A stretch of DNA of 64,000 bases from Anthoceros angustus (Eukaryota > Plantae > Anthocerotophyta): contig MU008201.1 in the NCBI GenBank assembly GCA_010909165.1, positions 1 through 64,000 on the forward strand. The letters run 5' to 3'. This document shows, in pieces, positions 36,672-49,158 of the stretch (its first letter is position 1; each line of letters starts with the position of its first letter). Below the pieces are notes generated by a model. It searched no databases, had not been told where the DNA came from, and saw nothing but the letters and a program-made list of their open reading frames with translations. The position numbers and the translations under genes are program-made.

Positions 36672-37605
36672 TTCCACATTTGCGGATTTTGAGTGTTGAC
36701 GTCCCTCTCTATAGACTCTCTCTACCCCAAACTCTCAGCTTTCTCAACCCGAAAGCTCCGTCCGTGAGAGCTCGGACGTTGAGATGGGTTTGTCTCTGTG
36801 CAATGTACGGGTAGACTTTTTAACTACGTATGTTTTAAATAGATATTGTTTGGATTACGTATAGGTATGTAGGTTATGGACATTATAGTGCCATAATAGG
36901 CCTCTATTTGCTCTATTTGGTGAAGTGTTCCTAGTAAACTTGCCTAAGTGTGAGATGAGATATGGAGTATCAAAATGGGCAAGACGAAAATTATCTCTTT
37001 TTAGAAACTATAAAAATTTTAAAAACTATATAAATCAGGTATATCAAATTTAAATTGGACATTCATTTTGGTGGCTTATTGCCTATTATGAAAGGGCTTT
37101 AGATGAAAGGGTCTCCTATTTTTCCTTCAAAGTTTTTTTGAACTAGCGCCTTTGAGTCTCTGTAATTACACAATGTCATTGCACTATTGGAGATAGACTG
37201 GTGAACCAAAGTGTTCGAATTTTGAAACATGAAAGACTGCGCTTCGGGTTGAAGTTGAACGCTGTCAATGGCACTAGGGGGCGCCACTTGTCATCGCAAC
37301 CTACCACCAAGGTAATCTTATAGTCATTGAATACTATGAAGCACAAGATTTATGAGCTCCTATTTTGTAAGTAGGGGTTGTCTCTTCCTCCTCCTCTTCC
37401 AGCAAACTTGGTATCCCACACACAAGGTACCAACCATGTTCATCACTCAATGCATTTTGGTTAGTCCTCCAGTAGCCACGGGCTTCTATTTAATCGCCTG
37501 CCCTTTGTTACAATCATGTGCTCACATCCAGACCCTTCAAGTCCTACACTTGCTACTTTGGGTGCAATGCACAACACCTCAAGGTGCCTTGGATTCGCTT
37601 CAGTG

Positions 37606-37796
37606 TTGCTCTCCCGGTAGTTGTTGTCCTACTATTTAGTGCACCCAAGCTCTAAACATGAGTTCATTGAAACCCTATAATTAAGCACCCTAGAGGTAAA
37701 TTGCTCTCCCGGTAGTTGTTGTCCTACTGTTTAGTGCATCCAAGCTCTAAACATGAGTTCATTGAAAGTCTGCAATTAAGCACCCTAGAGGTAAAT
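37606..37796. repeat. 95-bp tandem duplication
   Basis: Units start at 37606 and 37701: TTGCTCTCCCGGTAGTTGTTGTCCTACT...AAGCACCCTAGAGGTAAA. Confidence 0.9.
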
Positions 37797-37890
37797 CACT
37801 GCTGGGAAGGGGTTCCTTCACGTTTAGTGTAATATCACCTAGATGGCTAATTGCCTTATATTACTACAGAATATCACCAAGAGGGGTGAT

Positions 37891-38100
37891 TGAAGAAGAA
37901 GAAGAAGAATTTTATTTAAGTCCAATAAGGACGGATTTCCGTCATAGGACTTGGTACTTAACAACTTGTACCATGGTGTGCCTAAGCTACTTGCACCAAG
38001 GGCATCCACTCCCTTTAGGCACCCCATCTAAGTACTGATCTAAGCTCAGGATGCTTAATCACGACGGTTCTTATACATGTATGTCCATTTGGCTTAAGCC
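37891..38100 (-). mobile_element. ~200-bp SINE or LINE 3' fragment with (TTC)n tail, copy 2
   Basis: A (GAA)5 run followed by sequence closely matching 13530-13730. Confidence 0.75.
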
Positions 38101-38389
38101 ATTTGGATACACATTACAGTACTATGCAATACTATAAAAATATGATAACAAAAAGATAAGATCATCCAAAAAAGTCGCCCGATATATAAGTGGTCCACAC
38201 CAAGTGGGGCGTGCCGGTTTCCCGCATGTCTTTCACTTCAAACATAGCCACAAGTAAGTGCTTTACTACTTTCCTACACATGAAGAGAGGCACTGGGAAG
38301 TGCTTTCCTACGTTCCTACACTTGAAGAGAGGCTCGTGTGCCCACTTTGATACACTATACTGCGCCTTGTGCACAATTGGAAAGTATCT

Positions 38390-38540
38390 GGTTGTTGCGG
38401 AGGATTGATATTGCACATACTGTAGCGTACACAATGTTTCAGACGAGGTATATATCTACTCCTCCTATCTCCATTTTATATTAGGATTTTGGTGTGCGGA
38501 GCTGTTAGATCTGAGCTTCTTGCAAGAGCTAGCATGTGAT
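38390..38540 (+). pseudogene. Degenerate copy of the 5' end (UTR, exon 1, intron 1) of the proteasome alpha-5 gene
   Basis: GTTGCGGAGGA...ACAATGTTTCAGACGAG|GT...TTTTGGTGTGCGGAGCTG...CTGAGCTTCTTGCAAG parallels 41845-41985 (ACAATGTTTCTGACAAG|GT...TTTTGGTGTGTGGAGCTG...CTGAGCCTCCTGCAG). Confidence 0.7.
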
Positions 38541-38749
38541 CTAAGGTGGAAACCTCAAGTCCCCAACTACCCTGCAATATTCAAACTAGTAGATAAGTTT
38601 TATAATTTAGCGAGGGAAGGAGAACTAATAACTTAGTAAAATATTGTGGGATGTAGACTAGGTAGTGAGATAATAGGTTAATGTATTTCACTTTTATATC
38701 TAAATTATGTATACCAAATTTAGTACTATTGACTCAGTAAGAAGCCATG

Positions 38750-41100
38750 GATGCAAAAAGCGAATTATCTTATATCTAAGTTAGCAAGTTAAGAGGTTAG
38801 TGGTAGTGATGCTTTACTTGGATCTTAAGAAAGTTAGTCTACTTTAAGCAGTTACTTAGGAATGAAATAAGCCTCCCTATATAAAGCATCGAGTTAGACT
38901 AAGGGGGTCATTCCCTAGCACTTGAGCCACACTCTTTTTTGGCAAGATTAAGGCCTTATGAGAAGAGGTGCCTAAAGGCTATGGGAGCCTAGAGTGCATG
39001 TGTGCTTAGAGGAGAGCTTTGAGGAGGAGATCAATAGGAGAGAGCTTCAGGTGTAGGTAGCAGCCAACACTCTGTGATCTCTCTTGTTGTTTTGTTGTAC
39101 TCGTGCTATTGTAAAGAACAGTAGTGGAGGTACTGCCTACGAGACGTCCTTGGGAGGACAACAAAGGTTGTTTCTTTTAACTGTGTGCTTGCAAAAAAGG
39201 GGTGTTACTTGTGGTATCAGAGCTTACTATTGTTTAGCTAGAGATGGCCTATTCGAGAGAATTACAAGGCGGAGCAGAGAGAATAAAGCGGAAAAGAGAT
39301 ACCTTCACTCTTGTCTTAGATACTAGGTTTGAAGAGCCGCATGTGGAATCACCACAATTTGAAACGGCACAGGCAGAATCCTCCAGTCCGAGGATGATCT
39401 CCATGACTAAACAGGAGCTGCAAGCCATCATACGAAGATCGGTGAAGGAAGCACTAGACGAACTTGGCTTTGGAAAAAGAAAGCTCGTAGAAGACAAGAT
39501 GGGAGAGGAGCAAAAGCAAGAATCTTCCTTCCCATGGAGAGAGAGAAAAGAAAAGACCGACGATGTCGCCTTCCAAAAGTTCAGCATTCATCCCCTGAAT
39601 AAGTATCAAGACGAGAGAGATGCGGAGATGATCAACTCCTTGTTATTCTCCTTTGAATCTTTTCTTAAGGCAGCTGGGATTGCTCAAGAAGATTATTTGA
39701 ATTATATCGATACTTTCTTGGATGGGTATGCTTGCACCTTGTGGAAAAATCACCTTGAAGCTGTGAAGCAAGGTAATAGGAGGAACAATATCACCAGCTG
39801 GGAAGAATTTAAGAGTGCATTGATTCAGAAGCTCCAGTTCCAGCCTACTAATTCATCTAGACCAAGAAGAGAGTTAGAAAACGTAAAGGGAATGGAACCA
39901 GATCAGCAGTATGCGGATAACTTTAGTCAAGCTATCTTGCAATGTCCTAACTTGCATGCGCAGGAAGGTGATGATCTCAATAGATTTGTACAAGGACAAA
40001 GGTGGGTTGTTGACAAAGTTGAGTTGTCGAAAGCTCAAACACTGCAAGATGCTATTATAGGTGGAGATACGATATCAAGCACTCAAGATGCTATTATAGG
40101 TGGAGATACTATACCAAACACTCAAGATGTTATTACAGGTGGAGATGCGATACCAGACACTCATCGTTATCGTATTGAGGAGTCTCAGGCCCTTGTGTCC
40201 ATAGGGAGAAGGTATCCTAGGGCAAGGGGAATAGCCACCAACATTGGCAAAGGTAGAAGAACTAATGAGAAGGTTGGTAGAGGAAGAGGAAGGGCCAAAG
40301 GAGCTAGTAGAGGCCGTGGAAGCCAAAGGACAACAAGCCCTCAATTTGGCTTGTGCTTCAGTTGTGGAAATCCGGGACATTTTGCAAGAGACTGTTTGCA
40401 GGCTAGGGATCAATCATTGAATGTGATAAATGCCAATAATCCTCCAACACAGAGACTAACACCATAATTTTTCAAAGGGGGTATATGCATGATAGGGGCT
40501 TTGTGCCTTATATACTCCTAAGGAGGTTTCTCATGGGTCCTAAATCACTTATTATTTAGGATTTTGGAAATTCTTGCAAATTCTAAATGATGCTCGTGGT
40601 CACATGTTGTTCGTGAGTCTCCTAGCATCAATTAGGATGACATTGGTTTGAGGGAAAGTGGAGCCTTATGAAGGTAACATGTATATGGAATACTGAAAGA
40701 GTAAACAAAGGTTGATTAAAGGGATTGGAGTGAGGATGGTAGAGTTCTCCCTTTATCTAAGATAGCAAGTTAAGAGGTTAGATTATTTAAGTTAGCAAGT
40801 CAAGGGGTTAGAGAGGTAAAGATAGTGAGGTTTATTTACAGTTTAAGAAAATTAGTCTACTTTATTCAGTTACTTAAGCATGAAGTAAAAGAAGTCATAG
40901 ATTAGTTGTAGATAATCATTCCCTAGCACTACAAACTACACTCTCGTTGGGAAGGATTGAAGTGTTTAGAGGCTCTAGGAACCTAGAGTGCATGTATGCT
41001 TTGAGGAGAAGATTGAGGAAAGAGAGCTGAGTACTGGCCATAACTTTAGGTGTATAGAGCGTATAACAGCGAGATGCTGCCTACGAGTCTTCCGCTACAT
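38750..41100 (+). mobile_element. Gag-only LTR retrotransposon (TR-GAG-like) with diverged LTRs
   Basis: LTR-like direct repeats at ~38750-39200 and ~40740-41100 share TATCTAAG.TAGCAAGTTAAGAGGTTAG, TTAGTCTACTTTA, TCATTCCCTAGCACT and CCTAGAGTGCATGT. tRNA-iMet PBS TGGTATCAGAGC at ~39212. No pol sequence. Boundaries are approximate. Confidence 0.75.
39244..40467 (+). CDS. Retrotransposon Gag protein with CCHC zinc knuckle
   Basis: 407-aa open frame with retrotransposon-gag features (FLDGYACTLW, ITSWEEFKSAL), an RG-rich stretch and CFSCGNPGHFARDC. Confidence 0.85.
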   Translation: MAYSRELQGGAERIKRKRDTFTLVLDTRFEEPHVESPQFETAQAESSSPRMISMTKQELQAIIRRSVKEALDELGFGKRKLVEDKMGEEQKQESSFPWRERKEKTDDVAFQKFSIHPLNKYQDERDAEMINSLLFSFESFLKAAGIAQEDYLNYIDTFLDGYACTLWKNHLEAVKQGNRRNNITSWEEFKSALIQKLQFQPTNSSRPRRELENVKGMEPDQQYADNFSQAILQCPNLHAQEGDDLNRFVQGQRWVVDKVELSKAQTLQDAIIGGDTISSTQDAIIGGDTIPNTQDVITGGDAIPDTHRYRIEESQALVSIGRRYPRARGIATNIGKGRRTNEKVGRGRGRAKGASRGRGSQRTTSPQFGLCFSCGNPGHFARDCLQARDQSLNVINANNPPTQRLTP

Positions 41101-41881
41101 AGAGTCCAAATGAACACATCTACTTTAAGAACATTTAAGGGAGCGCCCTTACACCTAGCGATTGCTTTCTTCCGGCAGAGGGTTTCTATCGCTTTAGGGA
41201 TTGCTTTCTTCCGGCAGAGGGTTTCCATCGCTCTGCAGAGGGTGTTGGCCAACGTCGTGTACTTCTTCGACACCGATGGTAAGCAGGCCTTTTCACATCA
41301 CTGACCACGAAGTTCTTCGGGAGGTTGGTAGTTTTGAAATGCGTGATCGTGGGGGCTAGTCCCTAGGCATGTACCCTTCATTAGATTTTCCCCCTTTTGT
41401 TTTTGGGGTGGATGGATTTTTCCCAACTCTTTTTTATAATAAAGTCTTCTTTTCCACTTTAAGAACACCAGAGTTAAGTGCTGTACACTGCAAAGAGGAC
41501 TGAGTAGGGTATCTAGAGAGAATGCCTATGATGCCAGTAGCCTAGTTTACTCCATGGAGCAAGTTACCCGGAGAACGAGAAAATAATTTGTTTGTTTGTT
41601 GTAGTTCTGGTGTGTGCGGTTTCTTATATAACTGCTTGCCGACCTGCCTTGCGAGAAATGAGTATTATAAATATTTTTTATTGATTAGGTATATATAATC
41701 GAATAAAATATCATATAATAGGTAATAATTCTTAGTGTGTAGATTAGTTTCATTTTGAATTAGGTATGCTGTTATGTGGTGAAGTGTTTCCCAAGTAAGC
41801 TTTTCGACCGTAGGCGGGGCCTTGTGGACACTTGGGCAGCACTTGGTGTTGCGGAGGAATTGCCCATATCCATCGAATACA

Positions 41882-43250
41882 ATGTTTCTGACAAGGTGTG
41901 GAATCCTTGCCCCTATCCCATTCTGCACTAGGCTTTTGGTGTGTGGAGCTGCTGAACCTGAGCCTCCTGCAGGAGCGAGTATGACCGAGGAGTTAACACG
42001 TTCTCTCCGGAAGGGCGGCTCTTTCAAGTGGAGTACGCCATTGAGGCTATCAAGGTAGAATGCACCCGTTTGCAGCTCGCAGATTGATTCGCCGATCAAC
42101 CCTCATGCTTTCCTTGCCTGATATGCAGCTCGGATCTACAGCAGTGGGGCTGAGGACCAAAGATGGAGTTGTTCTCGCTGTGGAAAAGCGAATAACCTCC
42201 CCTCTCCTGGTGAGCTTCACACGCAGCACCCCGAACGATGGACGAGAGTTTGGAGTTTTCTGACCTAATTTGTGGGTTCAGGAACCGTCCAGTGTGGAGA
42301 AGATCATGGAGGTGGATGAGCATATCGGGTGTGCTATGAGTGGACTGACTGCGGACGCCCGCACACTGGTGGAGCATGCTCGGGTTGAAACACAGGCGAG
42401 TTCAGGCTGCCGGGTTTGCTGTTGAGATTTGGCCATGTGAAGTAACGTTTGTCGCAAGCGCTGACCCCGGTCTCGTGATGTCATTCATATAGAATCATAG
42501 GTTCTCGTATAATGAGCCTATGAGCGTCGAGTCCACGACGCAAGCGATATGTGATCTGGCTTTGCGGTTTGGGGAGGGCGACGAAGACTCTATGGTATTT
42601 CACACAATCATCGTGCCTTGGCCTTCTGGTAGCCTTTCCAGAGGCTTGCCTTGACACACGCCCTCCTGTTTGCAGTCCAGACCTTTTGGTGTGTCCCTGT
42701 TGATGGCCGGCTGGGACGAGAATGGACCTTGCTTGTGAGTGCCCTACCATTTGAAAGCTTTCTGTAGCATCAACCTCCAGGTGATGCTACGCTTAGCACA
42801 GGAGGTGACTCCCTTGTCCTTGCAACAGGTACCACACAGATCCATCGGGCACGTTCTGGCAGTGTCACGCGAAAGCTATAGGCTCTGGTTCTGAAGGAGC
42901 TGATACCTCACTACAGGAGCACTACAACAAGGTGAGATCCTCCATGGCCAACGTCCATCTAAGTATTATCATATCTGCCTCCACTCAACTAACCTTCTCC
43001 TAAACAGGAAATGACCCTCGAGGAAGCCGAGACTCTGGCTCTCTCCACACTAAAGCAAGTCATGGAGGAAAAGGTAGGATGGTCTCGGATCTGAAAAGCC
43101 CTTGTCTTCTCCATCCATAGTTCTCTCATCTCTTATGCTTTTCATTGTACGCAGATCACACGCTCCAACGTAGACATAGCGAAAGTGGCACCGAAGTACC
43201 ACCTGTACACGCCTGCTGAAGTGGAGTCCGTGATCACCCGATTGTCGTAA
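41882..43250 (+). CDS. PAE: 20S proteasome subunit alpha type-5
   Basis: MFLTR|[27 protein letters not shown]|[27 protein letters not shown]|[38 protein letters not shown] ... [18 protein letters not shown] ... [17 protein letters not shown]. Confidence 0.95.
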
Positions 43251-43696
43251 ACCGATGTCCAAGAGTTCAGCTGTAAGATTCCCATCAGCGCAGGCCATGA
43301 AACAGTTTTGAAATTTCTCGTCAAGAGACCATTTGCTGCGGCAGGAAAATTGTCTCCCTCATCACAGGGCGCCCAGAAGCCCTGTCGAGTATGTACAGTC
43401 GATTCGACTCAGTATTTACGTTGTAGCTCTCTCGAGTAGACATGTACCCATATGTGCATGTTGATACCTTGGCCACGGCGGATCAAAATGGGGGAGAGGT
43501 ATCAGCTAGTGAGGGCGCTTTTGTACGATTTTTATCGAGTTCGAATTTTAATCCTTTGCTACTGACTTGTCAGGCAGCCATAATGACCGCTCCTGTTGAC
43601 ATTCGGCTTAGGGCGAAGTCCAATGGACGGTGAGTGTTTAGCGTGCTTTCCTGGGCAGCTGATCGCCTGAAGGCGATTTCCGTAGATTGGAGCTCG

Positions 43697-46600
43697 ATGG
43701 AGCTGGATGGGAGCTCGCCGTATGCGATGGAAGACACGGGTCGTGAATTCCTGGCTCGCGCTCCTGGGTACATGAACGCCGAGGGGGATGCCGGGGGCGG
43801 AGGAGCAGCTCGTGCGGGCGGAGGAGACGTGGCGCAGTCTGTGGAGGGACGTGGGCGGGATGCTGGAGGAGGCGGGAGTCCAGGAGCTGCTGTGGCAGGA
43901 GCCCCGAGCGTGGGTCAGGCTGCAGCCGCGGGGAGAAACGTTGCATTCGGAGAGGCTGCCCCAGATGGTGCTGCAATGTGGGTTAAGGTGTAATCGAGTT
44001 GTCTTCTCGTAGTGGATGCTTAGATTTTACTTTCTGCATACGGGGGTTGAGAGTGTTATCTGAATCTCACTAGGTAGATGGAATGCATGCGCTGGTTGAG
44101 GGCCTGATCACACGACATGTGAGCAGAACTGTGCAAAAGCTGCTTCGTACGAGTTTTGCTTGAGGCTTGTGTGATTTTCCCGACCTGTCACGCCCTGCTC
44201 ATCCATAAGTGGGCAGGCAGTCAAGGAATGGATCTGGTAATCACGGGATCCCTCCCCGAGGACCCATCCTGGCTGTGATGGGAAGTCACGGTGTTCCGTC
44301 TCCGGAGTCCCTGACATTCTGGGCGGTGATTGGCAGTGGAGGGGGAAGTACCAAGCTGGCATCAAGTGCAGCAGCAATGACTGCAAGAAGGCCACGGTCA
44401 AGGCTGCACCTACGCACCGAGCTAAGACGTATATCGTGGTGTATATTCCCAGCAGCGGGAGCTGGTTGTGGGTGTCTGCCCAGAATGTCGTTCCTATCGA
44501 ACAGAACCCGGTGCCCTTGACAGCCGGGACACATGAAAGTGGGCGGATGTTTGTGAGGGACACAAATATTCCGAGGTACCACGTGATGTTCTTGTTGGAG
44601 CATGAAATCCTTGACATCAGTGACAAGCTCCCGCTTCAGGTAGGGTCTGAGCTCAGCCTGCTGTTTAGAGATGCGCCATACGCCTGGTGTTCAGTGGAGC
44701 ACAATTATGAAATGTGTTATCTCATCGCTTTACTGGACCTGCTCTCTGAAGCTCTATTGCCGGTGTTGCCAGGCTGTGCAGGTGTCTGCCCGTAATGTTA
44801 AGGTTTGGCAAGCTTTTGCTTTGGAAGCTGGGAAATCAACTACCTACTCGGAAGTTGGCTCGTTGCTGCCAAAGCTGCATGCTGTATGCCATCCAACATC
44901 TTGTTGTTTCAATTGTCGTAACTTTTGTCTGTCTAAAGGCATGTGTTTGAGCTGTGTCAATGTGCTGCAGAAGATTTTGCCAAGCTTTATCAGCCCATCT
45001 TGGATGAAAGATCGGTACTCAGGCTGGAAAGTAGAGTGTGAAAGCTGTGTGAGTGCAACCTCTGTAGAGGATCTGACACAGGTGGGATATCTGACTCATC
45101 TCCATGAACTTCTCATTCTTCAATCTTTTCTCTATGTCCAGTGGGAGTTTCCTGCTGATGTTGTAACATAACCGTGGCTGGACGTGTCTGGACAACGTGT
45201 GAAACCTAATGTATCTGCTCAGAAAAAGTGTTCCTTTGTCTTCCAGTGGTGCTAACATGTATGTGGTTCTGGGTACTGGCAGGAATTAATTGATAAAGTC
45301 ATCTGGGATAAGGTCCACAAACTCTGGAACACATCTGACCAAACAGCTCTGACAAGTAGTGAGTGGCAAAACTGGAAGGCAGGGACATTTAAGGAGCTAC
45401 GTAATCTGTCTTCTGCTGTAGATATTATTTTGGACCATCTGTCACCAAGCTTGCCCGGAACACCAAGTGTTCCTTCTAAGCCAAGAGCAAGTTCTGGCAT
45501 TCAGCGTGAAGGTGGGAGTTCCCCAGTAGGGTTACCGAAGGAGCTGGGTGTTGCCCTTGGTGGAGCTCAACCATCACCGCTAGACCGTCAAAATCTGCCC
45601 CATGCTTCTGCAAGCACTGTCGCAGGGTTCTCAGTCCCCAAGTCTTTCAATGAGTCAGCAGAGCAGATATGCATTGGTATAACCAAACATGGAGTAAGGT
45701 GCACCCACAAAACCAAGGGAGGAGCTCTTTATTGTGGTAAACATGTCCATCCTGGTGTTACATCTGAATCTCTTGACACAGACACCCAGGAAGATCCTGG
45801 CCAAGACAGAACACTATTTGCAGGAGCTCAGCTGAGAGAGATGGTTAACCAAGCATCTAGTCTGCCTGAAGAATTGGCAAAGCCTTCTGATCTTGTAAAG
45901 GCAGGTGGTACTTGCAGAGGCTGGTCGAAGAGGACGAATGCTCAGTGTGCACGCAGAGCAGGAAAACATTCTCTTTATTGTGAGAAACATGTCCGAACTG
46001 CTAATGATAGGGACTCCGATGATTTGAGCAACAAGATGAACAGCAACGGGTTTGCAGATAATGCAGCTAATGGCTTAGCCTACCAAGAGAGGAAGGACTA
46101 TGATAGGGCCAGAGACATGGTCAATAATTATTTATTACAGAATCTAGGGGACTTGCCCGAAGATGCTCCAACTTTTTCCTCAAAGACGCAACAGAATTTT
46201 CAAGCAGAAGGCCTTGATTGGATTCTGCAGGAAGCTTCCAAAGATCTCCCGATGGCAGTGAAATTGTCAAAGGTGGCTGCTTTGGAGCAGAAAAGGCTCA
46301 GGAAAGAAGCAGAGTGTTGGGCAGGGGAAACACGGTATTCAGTCACTGACTTGAATGAATGTGACCGTGGTGAGGCTATTTTCACAGTTGGGGCGGGTCC
46401 TCCAACTGGCAACAGTGATTATGATGGGAAAGCCATTGTACCAAGTGAGCCAAAATTCTCTGTTTCTGAAGACACATTGGGTGAGCCCTGTGTCATTGTT
46501 ACTGCCCAGAAGGCAATGTTGCATTGTGCCTTGTGCGAGAGGGAGTTCAACCAGAAGGCGGAGCTCAGTAGGCACTGGTCTCTGCAACATGAGAAGGAAG

Positions 46601-49158
46601 CTTCCCTTTTCCTGAAGAGCCTCTCCTGCAGGACCTGTCAATTTGAAGCATCCAGCTTGCCGGTGATGCAAAGCCATTCGCAGGAGCAGCACCGAGATCT
46701 GCCTTTGGAGTATCTATGCTGGTGGATCTGTATCTCATGTGAGAGCTCGTTTGCAAATTGGGAGGCATTGTGGCATCATGTCACCCTGTTGCATGCCGAT
46801 CAGCTGATGCATCATTCCCAGGCCATTGGTGGTTCCTCTTGGAAGCCACGGCATTGCTCGTTGGATGGTGTGCAGCAGGAAGCTGGTTGGAAGTGTGACA
46901 CATCCTATACAGAGATGGCCACTGGCCTGGAATTGTTCGCAGAATATGGGGCTCCTGTGGATTCTTCCAATGTTAATGGTGGCTTGGAGATGCTTGGCGC
47001 TTCGTCTGATACTCAAATGCCTTCATCACATAATCCACCGGCAGCGCATCGGGGCAGAGGTAGGGGTAGACCTAGGGGGAGGGCCAGGGGAAGAGATAGA
47101 CCTAGAGGCCGGAGCAGGGGCACAGTTAGAAGGTCAGACCTTGTGGATGGTGTACAGCAAGACATTTTTGTAAAGAGAACGAAGTTAAACCCAAGTCCAC
47201 AAGGCTGTGTCATGGTTAATGAGAAAGATACTGGACTCGCCAAGACAGATCTAAATCCATCGGGTGCCATCGCAGACATGGGACCTGTACCACAACACAA
47301 CATTGAGCAAGGTGCCGCAGGGGAGGAAACTGCATTGCCAGGTTGTCATGAAGGTGTCGAAGCGATGAGGGATTTCAAACCCTCGACGCGGGATATGGAA
47401 ATGGATGGGCAGCGAGTTGTAAATAGGAACAGTTTGGGTGGGGGTGTAGGACATTTTCTTTCGGAACAGGAGCTTAGATTATCAGGGATACTAGCTGATT
47501 TACACTTTCCATCAAGGAATGCTTCGGAAGTCTTGCTCTGTGAGGACATGAGTCATGGGCTAGAGCCTTTGCAGGTGCCTTGTGTTGTTGACCGAGATGT
47601 GTTGGACGTACTCTTTGATGGCCCCCTTTCGCATGATGAGAAGCAACGCAAGATATCAGAGCTTACTTCATGGAAGAACTTTGTCTATGTCATCAAGCGA
47701 TCTCTTGATCCATCGTTGGGCATTGACACAAAGGTAGTGTGTCGAGTGGAGACATGATGCCAAACTTCCTCAAGGGAACTTGTTATGACCTTTAACTTGT
47801 GGGTGAAGCTCCTGCTTAGAGTAGCTTTTATGATATGTTCGTTGCTGTTGTGCAGGATTTTCAGGTGGGATGTTCTTGTCCAATGGGGAAATGTGTGCCT
47901 GAGCACTGTGACCATGTCAAAATCTTCGACAATGACAATTGTGCTGCTTGTGACCTGCATGGACGTCCTATGCATGGCAGGTTCCCATACGACGAAGACG
48001 GTCGGATAATTCTCCAGGTAAGGGGAATGTGGTTTCACGGGCCACTCAGCTACTCTCTCCTGGTTGACTTGCATCTCAGTGAGTATTATTCCTTTGATGA
48101 AAACCTGAATGGAATGAAACTGCAGGAGGGTTTCTTGGTGTACGAATGTAATTCAAGCTGTCACTGCCTGGAAGATTGTCAAAACAGGGTCTTACAGAAA
48201 GGAGTCCAAGTGAAGCTTCAAGTTTACAAAACGAGACATAAGGTACTGTTACGTAGTTTGTGTCCAAGCACCCGGAACCTGGACGATTTTGCATGGCAAG
48301 TTTGCTGCACATGGGCTGGGCTGTCTCATCATGAGACTCTGCTGTAGGGCTGGGCTGTCAGGGCTGCTGAACCAATTCCTCTAGGAACTTTCGTGTGTGA
48401 GTACGTTGGGGAGGTGCTAAGTGACAAGGAGGCAAACAAGAGAGGTGAAAGGTATGCTGCTGCCTTTTCAGTTTGTCCCATTTTCGGGCTGAGTGATTTA
48501 TGCTCTCCCAGGGAAGCGGGGCATGGGATTTTTTGCTTACGGGCAAGGCTCTCACTTCTCCGCAATCTTAGTTGGATTGTTTGATTAAATGATTGAGATG
48601 GATTGCACTTGAATACTAGGAATGGAATCCTGTGCAGGTACGACCAATTGGGCTGCAGCTACTTGTATGATATTGACGTCCACCTTGATACTTCCGGGAG
48701 GGCGAACAACAGAATACGTCCTTATGTAATAGATGCAACGCGCAATGGAAATGTTTCCCGCTTTATAAATCACAGGTAAACCTTTTTGCATGAGATGTCT
48801 CTGTCCTGTTACGCGAAAATGAATGTCAAGCATGACAGATTTCTTGTTGCAGTTGCTCTCCGAACCTTGTAAATTACCAGGTTCTTGTCGAAAGCATGGA
48901 TTGCCAGCTTGCCCACATAGGCCTGTATGCCAGTCGCGATGTAAGTTAACTGAGTGGAAGATGTGCCCTACTTGTAGGCCTACTTCATTTTCTGCCTGAA
49001 AATCATTCTTCAATGATGCCTACTGAAAGCCATCTTCAATGCTTCTGCAGATCGCTGTCGGGGAAGAGCTAGCGTATGACTACAGATACAAACTGCTTCC
49101 CGGAAAGGGCTGTCCATGTCAGTGTGGATCTGCGAACTGTCGCGGAAGGCTGTATTAG
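43697..49158 (+). CDS. SUVR5: SUVR5-like histone-lysine N-methyltransferase (C2H2 zinc fingers, pre-SET, SET, post-SET)
   Basis: AMWVK|[12 protein letters not shown]2H2 fingers (CALCEREF...HWSLQH, CRTCQF...[14 protein letters not shown]...HVTLLH), [59 protein letters not shown], and C-terminal [15 protein letters not shown]. Confidence 0.9.
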
